Positions 1 through 17,570 of a stretch of DNA of 64,000 bases are shown here, piece by piece. Below the pieces are notes generated by a model, which worked only from the letters and a program-made list of their open reading frames with translations, made no database searches and was not told where the DNA came from. Made by a program: the position numbers and the translations under genes. The stretch is from assembly GCF_009914755.1 (NCBI RefSeq), contig NC_060926.1; one strand, written 5' to 3'. Each line of letters opens with the position of its first letter. Positions within the stretch are counted from its first letter, which is position 1. Source of the stretch: the human T2T-CHM13v2.0 reference genome, Homo sapiens.

Positions 1-301
1 TGCCATTGTAACAGTATTAAGAGGTGGAGTCTTTAAGATATGATTAGGCCCTGAAAAAAATGTTATCTCAGGAGTGGGCTCCTGATAAATAGATAAGTTT
101 GGCCCCCATCCTGTCTGTTTGTCCTGTGTGCTTGCTTGCCCTTCTGCCATGGTTATAACACAGCAAGAAGGCCCTCATAAGATGCAGACCCCCCAACATT
201 GGACTTCTCAGCCTTCAGAACTATAAGAAATAAATTCATTTTCTTTATAAATTACCTAGTCTGTTATATTCCATTACAGCAACATAAAACAGACTAGGAT
301 A
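1..301 (+). mobile_element. MaLR LTR (MST-type), 3' part
   Basis: 'ttggacttctcagccttcagaactataagaaataaattc...cagcaacataaaacagactaggata' typical MST 3' end. Confidence 0.75.
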
Positions 302-359
302 AATGCTCACTACCGTACATTCTGGGATTCAAAATAAAGTTAACTAGAAAAAGGAAGGA

Positions 360-1265
360 AAACATGGTAGAGTGACCACACTTCTGTGCCTCCTCCCAAA
401 CACCAGTGACACAATAGTAAAGGAATACACAGAAAAGAGGTTTTAGCCCCCAGCCACAAGTTGGAGAAGAAACAAGAACAAAGAATATTCAACAAACTTA
501 GGGAAGATGGAAAGTGAATGGAGAAGTAAAAATGACTTAATAGGATAGAGGAAGTGGAAATCTAAGCATCTTGGCGGGGAATTTCAATGAGTAATGAGCT
601 GTAAAGAGTCTCAGTGCTTGCAGGCAGCAAGAGCCACAGAAGGTAGAAGTGAAGCTGTGACTCCAAGATTATTAAGATTGGAGGGCTACATGTGTGGGAA
701 ATGGTTGGACTTCCAGTCTCCTCAACAACTCTCAAGCAGCCAGACCCCTCTCTGCTCACTACCCCAAAAGAGAATGGAGGTTCATATTCTGATTAACCCA
801 GCAGTCTCTGAACTTGAAGATTAAGCTACATGCAGGACAAAATGAGTTACAGACCTGAAAACTGTAGTTTCATGTAAGAGACTATGTACCGAACTGTGAA
901 CATGTCAGGCATGTCCCTTTCCTGCTCTCAAAATGCCAGTAACCAAGCATGTACCTACCCCCACCCCGTGCCCCACCACCACCAAACCTAATCAATCCTC
1001 TGGAGAAACTGGATAGTCCGAGAGAAAAGGCCTTCAGGCTCTGACATTACAGGGTTCCCCAATAATAAAGCTGGTCCACCATCTAATCATCCTACAGAAA
1101 AGCCCTTTAGGCAACACACATTGCCAATGCACCCAGAGTTTCCAAAGAGGCTTTTTAGGAGGCACTCTTAAAAATAATAGCCAGCCAAGGATCCCAGACA
1201 TTTCAAAACGGTCTGCAACATGAAACACAAATACCAAAATAAACAGAGAAAAATGGAATTCAGAT
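360..1265 (+). mobile_element. Ancient L1M (L1ME/MD-like) 5' region fragment
   Basis: A/G-rich; ends 'cagccaaggatcccagacatttcaaaacggtctgcaacatgaaa', resembling old L1 5'UTR ends. Confidence 0.5.
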
Positions 1266-1605
1266 GTTAGAAACCAGAGAGTTCTTGACCCTGGAAAGAG
1301 TAAAGTCAAGTTACAATCACTGTTTGTGAAGCTGTTTGATCAACAGAGTTAGTGCTGCTATGGCTACAGTCTCATATCGCCAAGGATAACATTCAACTAC
1401 AAGTAACAGAAAACCAGACTACAATGGCTTAAACAAACAGCCGTTTATTTTTGTGACATAACAAGGAGTTGGAGGTAGCAGCTGCAGGCATTGATTCAAT
1501 ATCTCAATCGTGGCAGAAATGGCACCTCTGTAATTTTCCACTCTTTTCTTCAGGGTCCAAGATAGCTGTTGCAGTTTCAGGAATCACATATATATTGTTC
1601 AAGGC
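1041..1605 (+). repeat. Left arm of ~560 bp inverted duplication (partner 8244-8805)
   Basis: Manual alignment to the reverse complement of 8244-8805: 2/45, 6/60 and ~8/60 differences in the first three blocks; homology continues by eye to ~1605. Confidence 0.95.
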
Positions 1606-1823
1606 CACAGAGGGAAAAAAGAAGGCAAAGATGGTACCAACTATATCTTTCTTTATTGTATCATCTTATTGGCCAGAACCATGTCACGTGGCCCCCGATT
1701 TGGCTGGAAAAGTTCGTATCTATACCAGGAACTGCCATTGCTGCCCTAATAAAATTAGAATTATCTCAACAAGAAAGAAGTGGGAAATGGTCACTAAACA
1801 GGTAACTAGCAGTGTCTATCACA
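1375..1823 (-). mobile_element. Old MLT1 (MaLR) solo LTR
   Basis: 'ggataacattcaactacaagtaacagaaaaccagactacaatggcttaaacaaa...ttattggccagaaccatgtcacgtggcc...cagtgtctatcaca' matches antisense MLT1. Confidence 0.7.
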
Positions 1824-2068
1824 GTCTTCAAAACAAATTGTTGTTCTCTGGAATTTATACTTTCATAAGATCATAAGTGATTTTTAGGTGGTGATATAGA
1901 AGAAAGACCTGGAAAATGTTGATGAAACTAAAGGTAGAGATTCTGGTGTTTTATCTTTCAGATGACAAACTTTAGCCTTTTTATAGCTGACATCACTTAA
2001 ATGTCTTTCCTGTAACAAAGACCAGGAAGAAGCCACAGTACCACAAAAATATGAGGCTATAAAGAGAT

Positions 2069-2490
2069 GGAATTCAACCTAGATGACCATCAGTGGTGGA
2101 CTGGTTAAAGAAAATGTGGTAATATACACCCTGGAATACTATGCAGCCATAAAAAAGAATGCAATCATGTCTTTTGCAGCAACATGGATGGAGCTGGACA
2201 CCATTATCCTAAGCAAATTAACTCAGGAACAGAAAACCAAATACTGCATGTTTTCACTTAGAAGTGGGAGTTAAACATTAAGTATACATGGACATAAATA
2301 AAGGAACAACAGACACTGGAGCCTCCTCGAGGGTGAAGAGTGGGAGGAGGGTGAGGATCAAAAAACTACCTGTCGAGTACTATGCTTATTACTTGGGTGA
2401 GAAAATAATCTGAACACCAAACCCCTGTGACATGCAATTTACCCATGTATAAAACCTGCACATATACCCCCTGCAGCTGGAATAAAAGTT
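2069..2490 (+). mobile_element. L1PB-type LINE-1 3' end fragment
   Basis: 'gaatactatgcagccataaaaaagaatgcaatcatgtcttttgcagcaacatggatggagctgg' ORF2 end plus 3'UTR. Confidence 0.9.
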
Positions 2491-2722
2491 GGGGGGGAAG
2501 AAGGGACATATTTTAAAGGGAGCGAGAACTTTAGAAATTAACAAATAAATGCTCACAAAATTGAAAAAAAAATATATATATGGCATTTCTATAACATTTT
2601 CCAGCCATATTTCCTACCTCTAATTTCAGTTCTGGGTTTCTACACACCTTCTTGTATGTGGTAAATGTTGGCTCACCAATGGCATCAAGAACAGCACCAC
2701 CACAATTGCTGTAAGAATTCTC

Positions 2723-3087
<365 letters not shown>

Positions 3088-4048
3088 TCAAATGAGAACA
3101 TTACACATCATTATGCACCAACAGTTCCCATACTCATGTCCGGTATAACCTTATTCCAGTTAGAATTCCAAATGCAGAGATCTTTGTTTTGCTTCTATTA
3201 ACAGTGCCTGGAATAGTGCTGGAACACAGTAGGGCTCAATGAGTATTTGTTGAATGAATGACTGAATCTCTTCAGTCATTTCCCTTTTCTCCTTACTTCC
3301 CTATTCCACCTCCCGCTTCTTTTGCAGAAGAAAACCACAACATGTCTGACATGTGAGGGCCTTGACCACAAAAGATAGAATTGTTCCCTACTTCTCATTA
3401 TATGCTATAGTATTTTCACATTGTGCAGCCAGCAAAATAGTATTACCAATCACCTGCAGATCGTTGAATGTCTAGAATTTTAAAATTATACCTAAAAGAT
3501 ATGATGAAGAAAAATAATTTGCATAGGCTTTACCTCTGCTCCTAGTATGTGTAAAAAGCATATTGTTATGGTTGTTTGTGAATGGATTCTTCCTGATCTG
3601 TGTCACAGGCAAATGCTCCTGTGTTCTTTAGGGTATAGTTTTAAGGAGCAGGGAGTGAGGTGGTCAGGATAGGATGTGTTTGCAAGACCGAATACAACAC
3701 AAGTCTGAAGCAGGACATTTTTAAGCAGCCATTTTGATGTAGCCAGGTCAAAATGGCCCTGTATAAGCGTAAAATCCCGGTTTTTTTTTTTTCAGTGCAG
3801 GTAATGGATTCAACAGACATTCTTGAATTTAGTTCACCTCCTATCAGCACTATCACTAAGGTACTACCTACAAATTTAATGAGGTTTTTTTTCTAAACTG
3901 AGAATAATGGAATCTGTTTGGCGTGTGTGTGTATTTTTCTCTCCAACCAGAGTCTAATGTATATAAGATCAAGGATAACGTAATCAGGAGGTCTACAGAA
4001 AGCAGGCTGTTCATCCTCTAGTGTAGAACAGTTTAAAAACTCCATTTA

Positions 4049-4673
<625 letters not shown>

Positions 4674-5115
4674 TTCTCCTTTTTAGTACAAGAATCCAAG
4701 ATCCTATAGCAATTCATTTTCCTATCACCCAAAGAGATTTCATCAAGCTTTACATTATTTAATAATTGTATTACTAATATTAATCATACTAATTATTATT
4801 TTACCATCAGAAAAAGTGGGCCATTAATTTTTCAGCCTGGAGGGATTAGAGAGAGGTCCTCAGCTCCACAGCCCCTGTCACTTTGGTTCCTTCGGAGGCA
4901 GTTCACTGGTCATTTGGGACAGCATGTGATTTGCATGAGGCCTGATAAGCCAAGGAGGAGCGATTGTGAATAGTCCATCAGGACTGGTCACTATGGAGAA
5001 AAAGACAGAAACAAATAGATGTCTACCACTTTAACTGCTATGGCCTGTGAGCACCAGAAGACAATGTGTGCCTCGCTAAGGGGGAGTAAAAGTCAAGGTG
5101 GAAAAGTGAATCTAA

Positions 5116-5485
<370 letters not shown>

Positions 5486-6328
5486 TAGTCTCGGCTTTTA
5501 AACAGTCTTCTGGATGACTGAGTCATGGGGACAGATGTCCAGTGGCATCCTCAGGATGGCAGCTCAGTGATACTGGATTGCAGCATTCTGGGGCAGTAGG
5601 GGGAGGGGCTTCAGATCCAGTTGGTATCCAGGATCTTTGCTGGTCTCTGCTGTGGAAGGACTAGTTTGGTCTTATTCCTGGATGATGACCCCTGAATGAA
5701 AATGTTCCTTTCTCTGCCACTCATGGTATTCTGCTGCCCCCACTGATGGAGTTGATGGTTTTGTCCATTTGCATTTTCATCCTGAAGTCTCTAAGTACAC
5801 GGCTCTTTGTCCCAGCACATGCCTCTATTCAGTGTGTGCTGGTAAACGTTTAACTGGCTATCTCCAAATTACTTCTTGTCCTCGGGCCCCTAACTGCTCC
5901 GGGCTGTCTCTAGCATGCCTCTTCTAGGACTGTCTGTTACTCTGGCTGTGCCCCCATGGACTCTACCTAATCTCCGAATACACCACATGTCACGCATTTT
6001 GTCAAGCAGTTTACATATATGAACTCATGCAATCCTTACAGCAACTCTGGCAAGTAGATACCAGAGGGCAGAGTGTCTCAAAGATCGCACAATGTTTTTT
6101 CTCTGGTCTGTAGGTAAATAGAGCTGAGAGCTTAGGGTGGCCAGAAGCAGACAGGGACTCCAGAGAGCGGCACTGAGAAAATTGATGGTGGTGTCCCACA
6201 CTCCCTTCCCCTTCAGCCCTCTTCTCATGCAAGACTGTGTTACTGGCCAAACCAGAGAGGAGCTGGGAAACAGGCAGCCTTGCTATCACCTCCTGGTCTC
6301 ACTCCTAGCCTCCACACCCCCATCTTGA

Positions 6329-6684
<356 letters not shown>

Positions 6685-7531
6685 TAATTGTGTTTTATGG
6701 ACAAGGTACATATGTCTTTTATGAACTAGGTATTTCAGGGAATGCAATTGTGAGTAAACCATGATTCTCATTTGTCTTCTGAGCGATTATAATCTAGAAC
6801 AGACAAGATGTGTACACAAATTACGATTTTTAAAATTTGCTACTTTGTAAGGGTCAGAAGAGTTTTAAAGACAGTGAATCAAACCTCTTGTGTGGCCCTA
6901 ACCCCCAAATGCTCTGTAACCATCTCTCATAGCTCAAGAGCAGCTTGCATTTAGATGGGTGATTTGTCATTTAAAGAAATATGTCAATCATCATTAAAGA
7001 TACATGGAAAAATGAAACTGGTTTATTTGTTAAAGTAGTGGAATTATGGGTGATTTTTCCCCAGTGGTTTTGATTTACATTACCATTATATAATGGTGCT
7101 TGAGCTTTGTTATGTTTAAAAGAAAAAGCTGGAATTGTTGTCATCCACAACCCAGCTCCAGGGACTGATTCCCAAGTTAGCTTAGCTCATCTCTGAATTA
7201 ATCTCCTGAGGATCTGAGAAAACTCTATAGAGTTCCACAGAAGACTGCCAGCTTTACATAGTCACAGGAACGTATCTTTAAACCATTTGAGGATGTTTTC
7301 TATATTGTATGTAACATGAAATGGTTTTTAAATGGTGTTAAACCTTTGAAAAGTGATGTGCTTGTAGAACTGTCTTCTTAAGACCCACTGTGGGATTTTT
7401 CCCCTCCCCCCACATCCTTTTGATGTCAGTGATAACAGTCCCACAAGGGCACACTGTCAGTTAACTAGATAGGAAGCTTCGTTAGGCAAGCAGGTGTCAG
7501 CAGTGGCACAATCTACTAATTTATAAATGAG

Positions 7532-8050
7532 TGTATTAGGGTTCCCTACAGGGACAGAACTAATATATATACGTATACATAAACGGGAGTTTATTAAGGG
7601 GTATCGACTCACACAATCACAAGGTGAGGTCCCACAATAGGCTGTCTGCAAGCTGAGGAGCAAGGAGGCCAGTCCGAGTCCCAAAGCCTCAAAAGTAGGG
7701 CAGCCAACAGTGCAGCCTGCAGTCTGTGGTCTAAAGCCCAAGAGTCCCAAAGCTGCCCTCAAAGACTTGCAGTCTGATGTCTGAGGGCAGGAGGTATCCA
7801 CCACAGGAGAAAGACGGAGGCCAGAAGACTCAACTAGTCTAGTCTTTCCACATTCTTCTGCCTGCTTTTTTTTATGGCCATGCTGCCAGCTGATGAGATT
7901 GTGCCCACCTAGGTTGAGGCTGGGTCTGCCTTTCTCAGTCCACTGACTCAAATGTGAATCCCCTTTGGCAACACCCTCACAGATACACCCAGGAACAATA
8001 CTTTGCATCCTTCAATCCGATCAAGTTGACACTCAATATTAACCATCACA
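7532..8050 (-). mobile_element. MLT2A1-like (HERV-L) solo LTR
   Basis: Termini tgtattagggtt... and ...aagttgacactcaatattaaccatcaca; flanks atgag/atgat. Confidence 0.88.
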
Positions 8051-8243
8051 ATGATCATTACCTGACTACTTGCATTTAACACCAATCTAAGCTAAGAGTC
8101 CTCTGATGAGAAACTGGGCTCTACAAATATGAAGAAAGATTTCTCTGAGCCCTTGGCAGCCATTAAGCTACTCCCATTAACAGCCTCCCTTATACTCTGT
8201 ATAGGATTCCCCACTCATAAAGAAGGGCATGGGGACTGCATCA

Positions 8244-8805
8244 GCCTTTAATAAGATATGATTCCTGAAACTGCAATGACCATCTTGGACCGTGAGAAAA
8301 CGAAGGAGAAAATCACAAAGGTGCCGTTCCTGCCATAATTGGGATATTGAACCAATTCCTGCAGCTGCTACCTCCAACTTCTTGTTTTGTCACAATAATA
8401 AATGGCTATTTGTTTAAGCCACTATAGTCTGGTGGTGGGTTACTTGCAGTTGAATGTAATCCTTAGTGATATGAGACTGTGGCCATAGCAGTGCTAACAT
8501 TGCAGATCAAACAGCTTTACAAACAGTGATTGTAACTCGACTTAACTCTTTCCAGGGTCAAGAACTCTCTGCCTTCTAACATCTGAATTCCATTTTTCTC
8601 TGTTTGTTTCAGTATGTGTCTTTCATGTTGCAGGTTTTCTTGAAATGTCAGAATCCTTGGCTGATCATTAGTTTTTAAGAGTGCCTCCTAAAAAGGCTCT
8701 TTGGAAGCTCCGGGTGCATTGGCAAGGTGTGTTGCCTAAAGGGCTTTTCTGCAGGACAATTAGATGGTGAACCAGCTTTATTATTGGGGGACCCTGTAAT
8801 GTCAG
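8244..8805 (-). repeat. Right arm of ~560 bp inverted duplication (partner 1041-1605)
   Basis: e.g. 'tccagggtcaagaactctct' and 'ctaacatctgaattccatttttctctgttt' are reverse complements of sequence at 1240-1295. Confidence 0.95.
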
Positions 8806-9094
8806 CAGCAGCCCCTCCAGAGAGATACTTCCACCATTTCTCCTCATCACCTTCCCCCTCCACTGTTCCCAACCCCAACTCCAGCCTCTCCAGTGATCTG
8901 AGACTTTCAGGAAAGAACTTAGGGAAAATAGATCTTTATTTTAGAGGATGATATGGCCAGAGTGTATCTGAAGCTCTGTGTCAAGTAATGTTATAGCAGT
9001 GCTCTATAATTCTTGTTGATATCACTGTGTTCTGTACTCAGTGACAGCCTAACTGGAAAAAATTTAAGTAATAATAATGATATTTGACATATTA

Positions 9095-9577
<483 letters not shown>

Positions 9578-9599
9578 TGGAATCAGGTTTTCTTACAGT

Positions 9600-10620
9600 G
9601 CAAGCACTTGGCAGGTATAAGCAAATTATCTTTGGCAGGACACACTTTAAACCCAGACTTTAAAAGAATTCTCACAAAGTTCCAAGGAACATGACCTCAC
9701 AACAAAAAATTATATAACACACAAAGAAACAAGCCACAGTATGTGAGAGTCATCAGAAACAACAGCAAAATCAGCTTGTAAAAACTTTTGATATTGGATG
9801 ATCAATTATAGATTTATTTTATAAATATATAGAATGTATTTAACATTGAAAGTATAAACAGGAGAATATAAAAACTGACAAAGTAGATCTGAACAATTAG
9901 AATAACTAAAAATTAAAAATTTTAATTGAAATAAAAAATCAAAGGGACTAGTTAGCATATTAAAAACAGATGAAAATTTAACAGTAGGCTGTCATGACCA
10001 AAAAAAAAAGAGAGAGAGAGAGAGAAAATCAGTCCAGTCACGGTGGCATATCCCTGTAATCCCAGCACTTTGGGAGGCCGAGGCAGGTGGATTGTTTGAG
10101 CCCAGGACTCCAAGACCAGCCTGGCCAACACAGTGAGAACCCGTCCCTATCTTAAAAAGTAAAAAATATTTTAACTAAAAAAAAAATCATTAGTGTACTA
10201 GAAGATAGAAGTCAAGAAGTTTCTCAGAATACAGTACAAAGAGAAAAAGAGTATCTTCAAAAACCCTCTAGCAGGTGGTACATTAAAATCATATCCATTA
10301 AAATCAGAAATTTAAAAATGATGGCTACTATCATCATATCTATCAAATATTGTACTAGGGGTCTGAGCAGCCCAATAAGATAAGAAAGAAAGAACTGGGA
10401 AAGTAGAAAGAAAACTACGGTTATTTGAAAATGATAGAATCTGATGGAATAATCTCCAGATAAATTCTTAGAATAAGTAAGGTTCTTAGATACAAAAATC
10501 AGTTCACAAATATCAACAGCATTTCTATAAAGTGTAAGATATAATAAAATTAATTTTTAAAATGCCATTAAAATGGCAATGAAAACTATAAAGTGATTAG
10601 AAATAAATCCAGCAAGTTAT
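9600..10620 (+). mobile_element. Ancient L1M fragments, interrupted by an Alu monomer (~10031-10175)
   Basis: A-rich decayed ORF1/ORF2-like sequence ('ggttcttagatacaaaaatcagttcacaaatatcaacagcatttcta'). Confidence 0.6.
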
Positions 10621-10654
10621 TTTTATAACAGCTATGTGTGGAACAATATTGCAT

Positions 10655-11071
10655 TTGTGTCCTATTACTGCTGTAACACATGACCACAAACTTGGCATCT
10701 TAAAACAACCCAAGTTTATTATCTTACTGTTCTGGAGGTCAGAAGCAGGAAAGAGTCTTATGGGCCAAAATCAAGTTGTCATAGCCGCATTCTTCCTGGA
10801 GGCTCTAGGGGAGAACCTTTTCATTGCCTTTTCCATATGCTACAGGCTGCCTGCATTTCTTGGCTAGTGGCCCCTTTCTTGATCTTCAAATTCAAACCCT
10901 GCTTCAGTCCTCACATCTTCTCTCTGACTTTGACCCTCTTGTCTCCCTCTTATAAAACCCTTGTGATTACATTGGGCCCATCTAGATAACTCAGATGCAA
11001 TGTAACATATCACAGGCTCTGGGCATTAGGACATGGACGTCTTAGCAGGGGGTATTATTCTGTCTACCACA
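10655..11071 (-). mobile_element. MLT1C/D-like LTR
   Basis: 'ctgctgtaacacatgaccacaaactt...tgtgattacattgggccca...ttattctgtctaccaca'. Confidence 0.8.
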
Positions 11072-11096
11072 AATATAAATGGAAAGACACATCTGG

Positions 11097-11401
<305 letters not shown>

Positions 11402-12000
11402 AAGACATACCTTTTTCATAAACAGAACATCATAAAGATGTCTGTTCTCTCAAATTGATTTATGGATTCAATGCAATTCTGAATCATACTCCAGTAGGTT
11501 TTTTTTTTCATTAAACTTTACAAGTTTTTTCTAGCATTTATATGAAAGAACTAAGTGCCAAGTATAGGCAAGACCCTCCTGAAGAACAGGTGTAAAGATC
11601 TGCCCTACTAGATATTAAGACTTAATATGAAGCTTTAATAGTTAAGACTTAGTGGTATTGACCAGAGACAAATCCGCCAGGAGAACAGGCTCAGGTAGAG
11701 ACCTGATATGTAATAGAACTGTACTGCATCAGGTCATAGAAGCATGCATACACTCTAATTGCATTGATACAAAAGTTGAAAACAGGAAATATCAAGCAAT
11801 ATATTACTTAGAGACACACACACACACATATATGTATGGTAAAACTATAAAGAAAGGCAAGACATAAAATTTAAGACTGGTAACCCCAAGACTTGGGAAG
11901 GTTGAGACTGGGGAGTTTTACATAGTGCTTTCCAAAGTACTGCTAATGTTCTGCTTCTTAAGCTGAGTGTCAGGTATAGAGGTGTTAATTTTATTATTAG

Positions 12001-12301
<301 letters not shown>

Positions 12302-13234
12302 TTATTATTAGTCTCTAAATTGTGCAATATGTTATAGATACCCTTTTGTTTGAATACTATCTTCATATTTTTAATATAAAAGGTAATCTGAGTTCATTTA
12401 AAAATTTTGTTTAAAACAAGTTAAAGTGCATAAAAACAATGTAAAGTTAAAGTATCAGTGTTGTATCCAGTTCATATAAACTATCAGATAAATATTAAGA
12501 CTACGTTAGAAAATGGCATAGAAGTCATTAATAAACAAATTCACACAAGAAGAAATCTAAATGGCAATTAAATATATGGTATTTTTTAAAAAATCTTCCA
12601 TCGATCTAGTAGTTAAAAAATTAAATATTTAAATATTATCGCCTCTCTAATTCAAAGGGGGTTAAATATATCATATTGGTTGTTGGTATGATACTGCTGA
12701 TAGGCAAATACATTGATAAGAATTTGTGAAAAACAATTTATCAATACCTATCAAGCGTCCTAAAGTGTTTATGCCCTTTTGTTAAATAATACCATTTTCA
12801 GAAATCTGTACTAGAGATAATTCTTATATATCAAGGAATATTTTTGTGACCAAAAAAATAGTATTAACTGGATGCTTATGCTGGTGCCAAGTATGGTGCT
12901 AAATCCGCCCCATAAATTAGGAGACTTGGGTTACTGCCAACACTACTCAGCCTGAAGATACTAGGAGGGTCAGGATCAACACCCAACAGTGCAATTCCAC
13001 AGCCCATATTTTTAAGCACCACATCACACTGTAGCATTGCAACCTGGTTTCTAATTGTTGAGAAAAAAAAAATTAATGATTAAAAAATCAGTGTGAGACA
13101 ATTATTCAAAATGAAAATGAGAGAAAAAAACCTAGAAATGACCTGAATGTTCAGTAATAGCCAAATAGCAAAATTAAGCATGGTATATTTATATGTAGCA
13201 GGCAGGGAGAAAGTAGTCATTTCAGAAATTTTAA

Positions 13235-13725
<491 letters not shown>

Positions 13726-14321
13726 TAATTTAATGTGAATAGATACCACATTCATTCATTCACATTCTCCAAGCAGCAAACAAGTATAAAAATATACACA
13801 ATAGAAAGTCTCACCCCTACTCTGCTCCAGTGCCCACTGGTTTCCATTCTCAGCCTCAATTGGGTTATCAATATTAGTAGTTTCTTGTCTGGCCTTCCAG
13901 AAGGCTGTTCCTAGTCAAAGACAATATACATTCTTTGTCCTCTTCTTTTTTTATACAAATTACAAAAGACTATACCCATTTTTCCAGCAAGTCACTTTTT
14001 GCATTTAATAGATCTTGAAGATCTGTCTAAATCAATACAAAAGCACTTACTCATTTTTAACAGCTATATAGTATTCCACAGTGTAGCTATGCCATAAATA
14101 ATTTAAAAAGGCCTGTACTGATTGACATTTATGTTGCTTCCAATTTTTTTTCTGAAAAACTTTTCTGAAGTGACCATTTCTTTTGCTGTTACAAAAAAAA
14201 AAAAAAAGCAATGAATAATATTCCTTCAATACTATCTCTAGAAATCATTATTAAAAGTATAAGAGAATGCTGGGTCCAAATGTACATATATTTGTAATGT
14301 TTAAAAATAATTTTAACTTTT

Positions 14322-15045
<724 letters not shown>

Positions 15046-16167
15046 TGTAATTTTAATGGATACTGCTAATCTCTAATTGGCTAACATCTTGATGCTGTTA
15101 GGCTTCCTCCCCAAGAACATGGTCTACCTTTCCATTCGTTCCAGCCTTTTTTTGTGAAGGACAACACAATTTGGATCCACTATTTTTCAAAAAGCAGTGT
15201 ATATATGCAAAACTTTATCTACCAATGATTTCAGCTATGCACCCCAAAAAAAGTTAAAAGGAAATGGGTCACTATGTTAATATGAAATGATCTATCAGGG
15301 CAGGTGGGATTTGGGGTTATATGGGATATAGGTTATATGGGTATTCTTTATTCTTTCTTGCATTTTTCAATTTCTTGCTTTATTTTGTTTTATCACTTTT
15401 GTAATAAAACAAAGTAAAGCAAGAAATTGTCACCCATACCCTGGACGATAGAGCAAGACTCTGAAAAAAAAAAAAAAATCTTTTTTCTTTAATCACAGAA
15501 TAGTCAATAACTTTCAAAGTAATAAAATTTAGCATCATTCACCAGAGAAAAAGCAATATAAATCTATGAAAGTTTGCCCCAAAGGATTAGATACTTTGAG
15601 ATGAAATTTTAAACTGTCTAGATAAAGCACATTCCCCCTTTGACCTAACCATGTCCCTATATCAGATGACAAACTCATGAAAGACCAGTAAAGAGGAAGC
15701 TGTACCCTTGCTCTGAGTTTGACCTTTCTCAAAGCAGAATGTGGTTTTGCTAAAATAAGAAAAGAATCTGTCAAGGTCACGCAGTACTTGATTGTTATCT
15801 TACAAAATTTGGCAGAAGTTTTGCCCTAAACGTATCAGCAATACTGACAATTCCATTAAAAATTTATTTAAGCTGGTGCCACTGCTGCTGATGCATAATC
15901 TCATTTTAGGAAACTTCATTGTTTTTGGAAATTGCAGTTTTAGAGATTCGTAATTTGAGTTTTAAGTAGGATAATTTAAATAAAGATTGCCTGAAAGGAA
16001 AAATTCTAATATAATTGAGACTCATTGGAGGAAAATTGTACTGAAAATTTCCTTTAGGGGACATTTCCTATGTAGTATAAATGACTTTTCCCCTTTAGTC
16101 AATTTTTATAATAATTCTTTTTTTATGGCCCCAAACCTTTTGTTTGCTGTCGTCATTATGTTTTGTA

Positions 16168-16440
16168 TGTTTGAGATGGGGTCTTACTGTGTCACCCAGG
16201 CTGGAATGCAGTAGCTCACTGCAGCTTCAAACTCCTGGGCTAGGCGTTCCTCCTGCGTCAGTCTCCCAAGTAGCTAGGACTACAGGCACATGCCACCACA
16301 TCTAACTTATTTTTTTAAATAATTTTTGTAGATACCAGGTCTTGCTATTTTACCCAGGCTGGTCGTAAGCTCCTAGCCTCAAGTGATTCTCCTGCCTTGG
16401 TCTGCCAAAGCACTGGGATTACAGGCATGAGCCACTATAC
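16168..16440 (-). mobile_element. AluJ
   Basis: Diverged antisense Alu. Confidence 0.85.
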
Positions 16441-16792
16441 CTCAAAACCTCTTACTTCTTATTTTGGGAAGAAGAAAAGATGGAAGAAAATGAAAGCAGG
16501 TCTTAAAATCCTAGGGAAGCAGAGGAAGGACCATCCTTAATTATATTAAGGGCTCATCCTAGGCAAAATTACAAGGAAATTTCCTTTTCTTCTGCTATCA
16601 TACCTCCCAGTATCCTTTCCAACTTACCTGTTTTGTATTTCTTCAAACTCTTGCTCCAAGTCAGATGTCAAACATGGACAACTATCTAATAAACAAATTC
16701 TCACTGAGATGGTTTCCCTTCCAAAGAATATTCAGATTTCTAAAGACCAAACAAACATAAGTCTGATAGTGGTATTTTAGAAAATATGAGAG

Positions 16793-17090
16793 AGCATGGG
16801 TGCAGTGGCTCATGCTTGTAATCCCAGCACTTTGGGAGGCCGAGGCAGGTGGATAACTTGAGGTGAGGAGTTCGAGACAAGCCTGGGTAACATAGTGAAA
16901 ACTTGTCTCTACAAAAAGTACAAAAATTAGCCAGGCATGATGGTGCACACCTGTGGTCCCAGTTACTAGGGAGGCTGAGATGGGAGGATTGCTAGAGCCC
17001 AGGAGGCAGAAGTTGCAGTGAGCCGAGACTGCACCACTGTACTCCATCCTGGGTGACAGAGTGAGACCTTGTCTCAAAAAATAAAAAATA
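16793..17090 (+). mobile_element. AluJ/S
   Basis: Full Alu, TSD agaaaatatgagag. Confidence 0.9.
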
Positions 17091-17570
17091 GAAAGAAAAT
17101 ATGAGAGGCTGTTGGAAAAACATAGGAGGCTCTTATCAGCATCCCTGACTCACAACACACAGGTTAGTCACATATGCCGCCTGCTTAAGATTAGTCCCAA
17201 GTCCCCAAAACGCCCTAGAGAAAATATCCTGATTATTTCTGCCTTCAAATAAAGAAAGAGGGAAAAGATTTAAAGTGACAGCATATAGGTTTTGTTTTTT
17301 GAAGCAAAAGAAAACATCCAAATCACACGTCATTAGTGTTTCATTTAATGCACTCAAAATATGTTTAAACTATTAGATACAGGAGATTCACAAAATATTC
17401 ATAGGAAAGTAAAAAATGAAGATATATACCACATCCAATGTATATCTCAGTACCAGAAATAATTAATCCTCCCAATTATAGGAGGATTTTTTTGTTACTT
17501 GGCAGCTCACTGAGTTTTTCCAGATCAGGGACAATGAAAGCTCCCACCTACTATAGATTTTTATTCTCCT

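Noticed and set aside
1469-1876. 135-aa ORF and its paralog 8177-8377 (MEVAAAGI...)
   Set aside because: TTG starts within an antisense MLT1 LTR; similarity is explained by the inverted duplication and the frames diverge.
2083-2274. ORF resembling L1 ORF2 C-terminus
   Set aside because: Short dead L1 fragment; reported as a mobile element only.
7457-8008. 183-aa minus-strand ORF
   Set aside because: Lies almost wholly in the MLT2A1 LTR; no recognisable domain.
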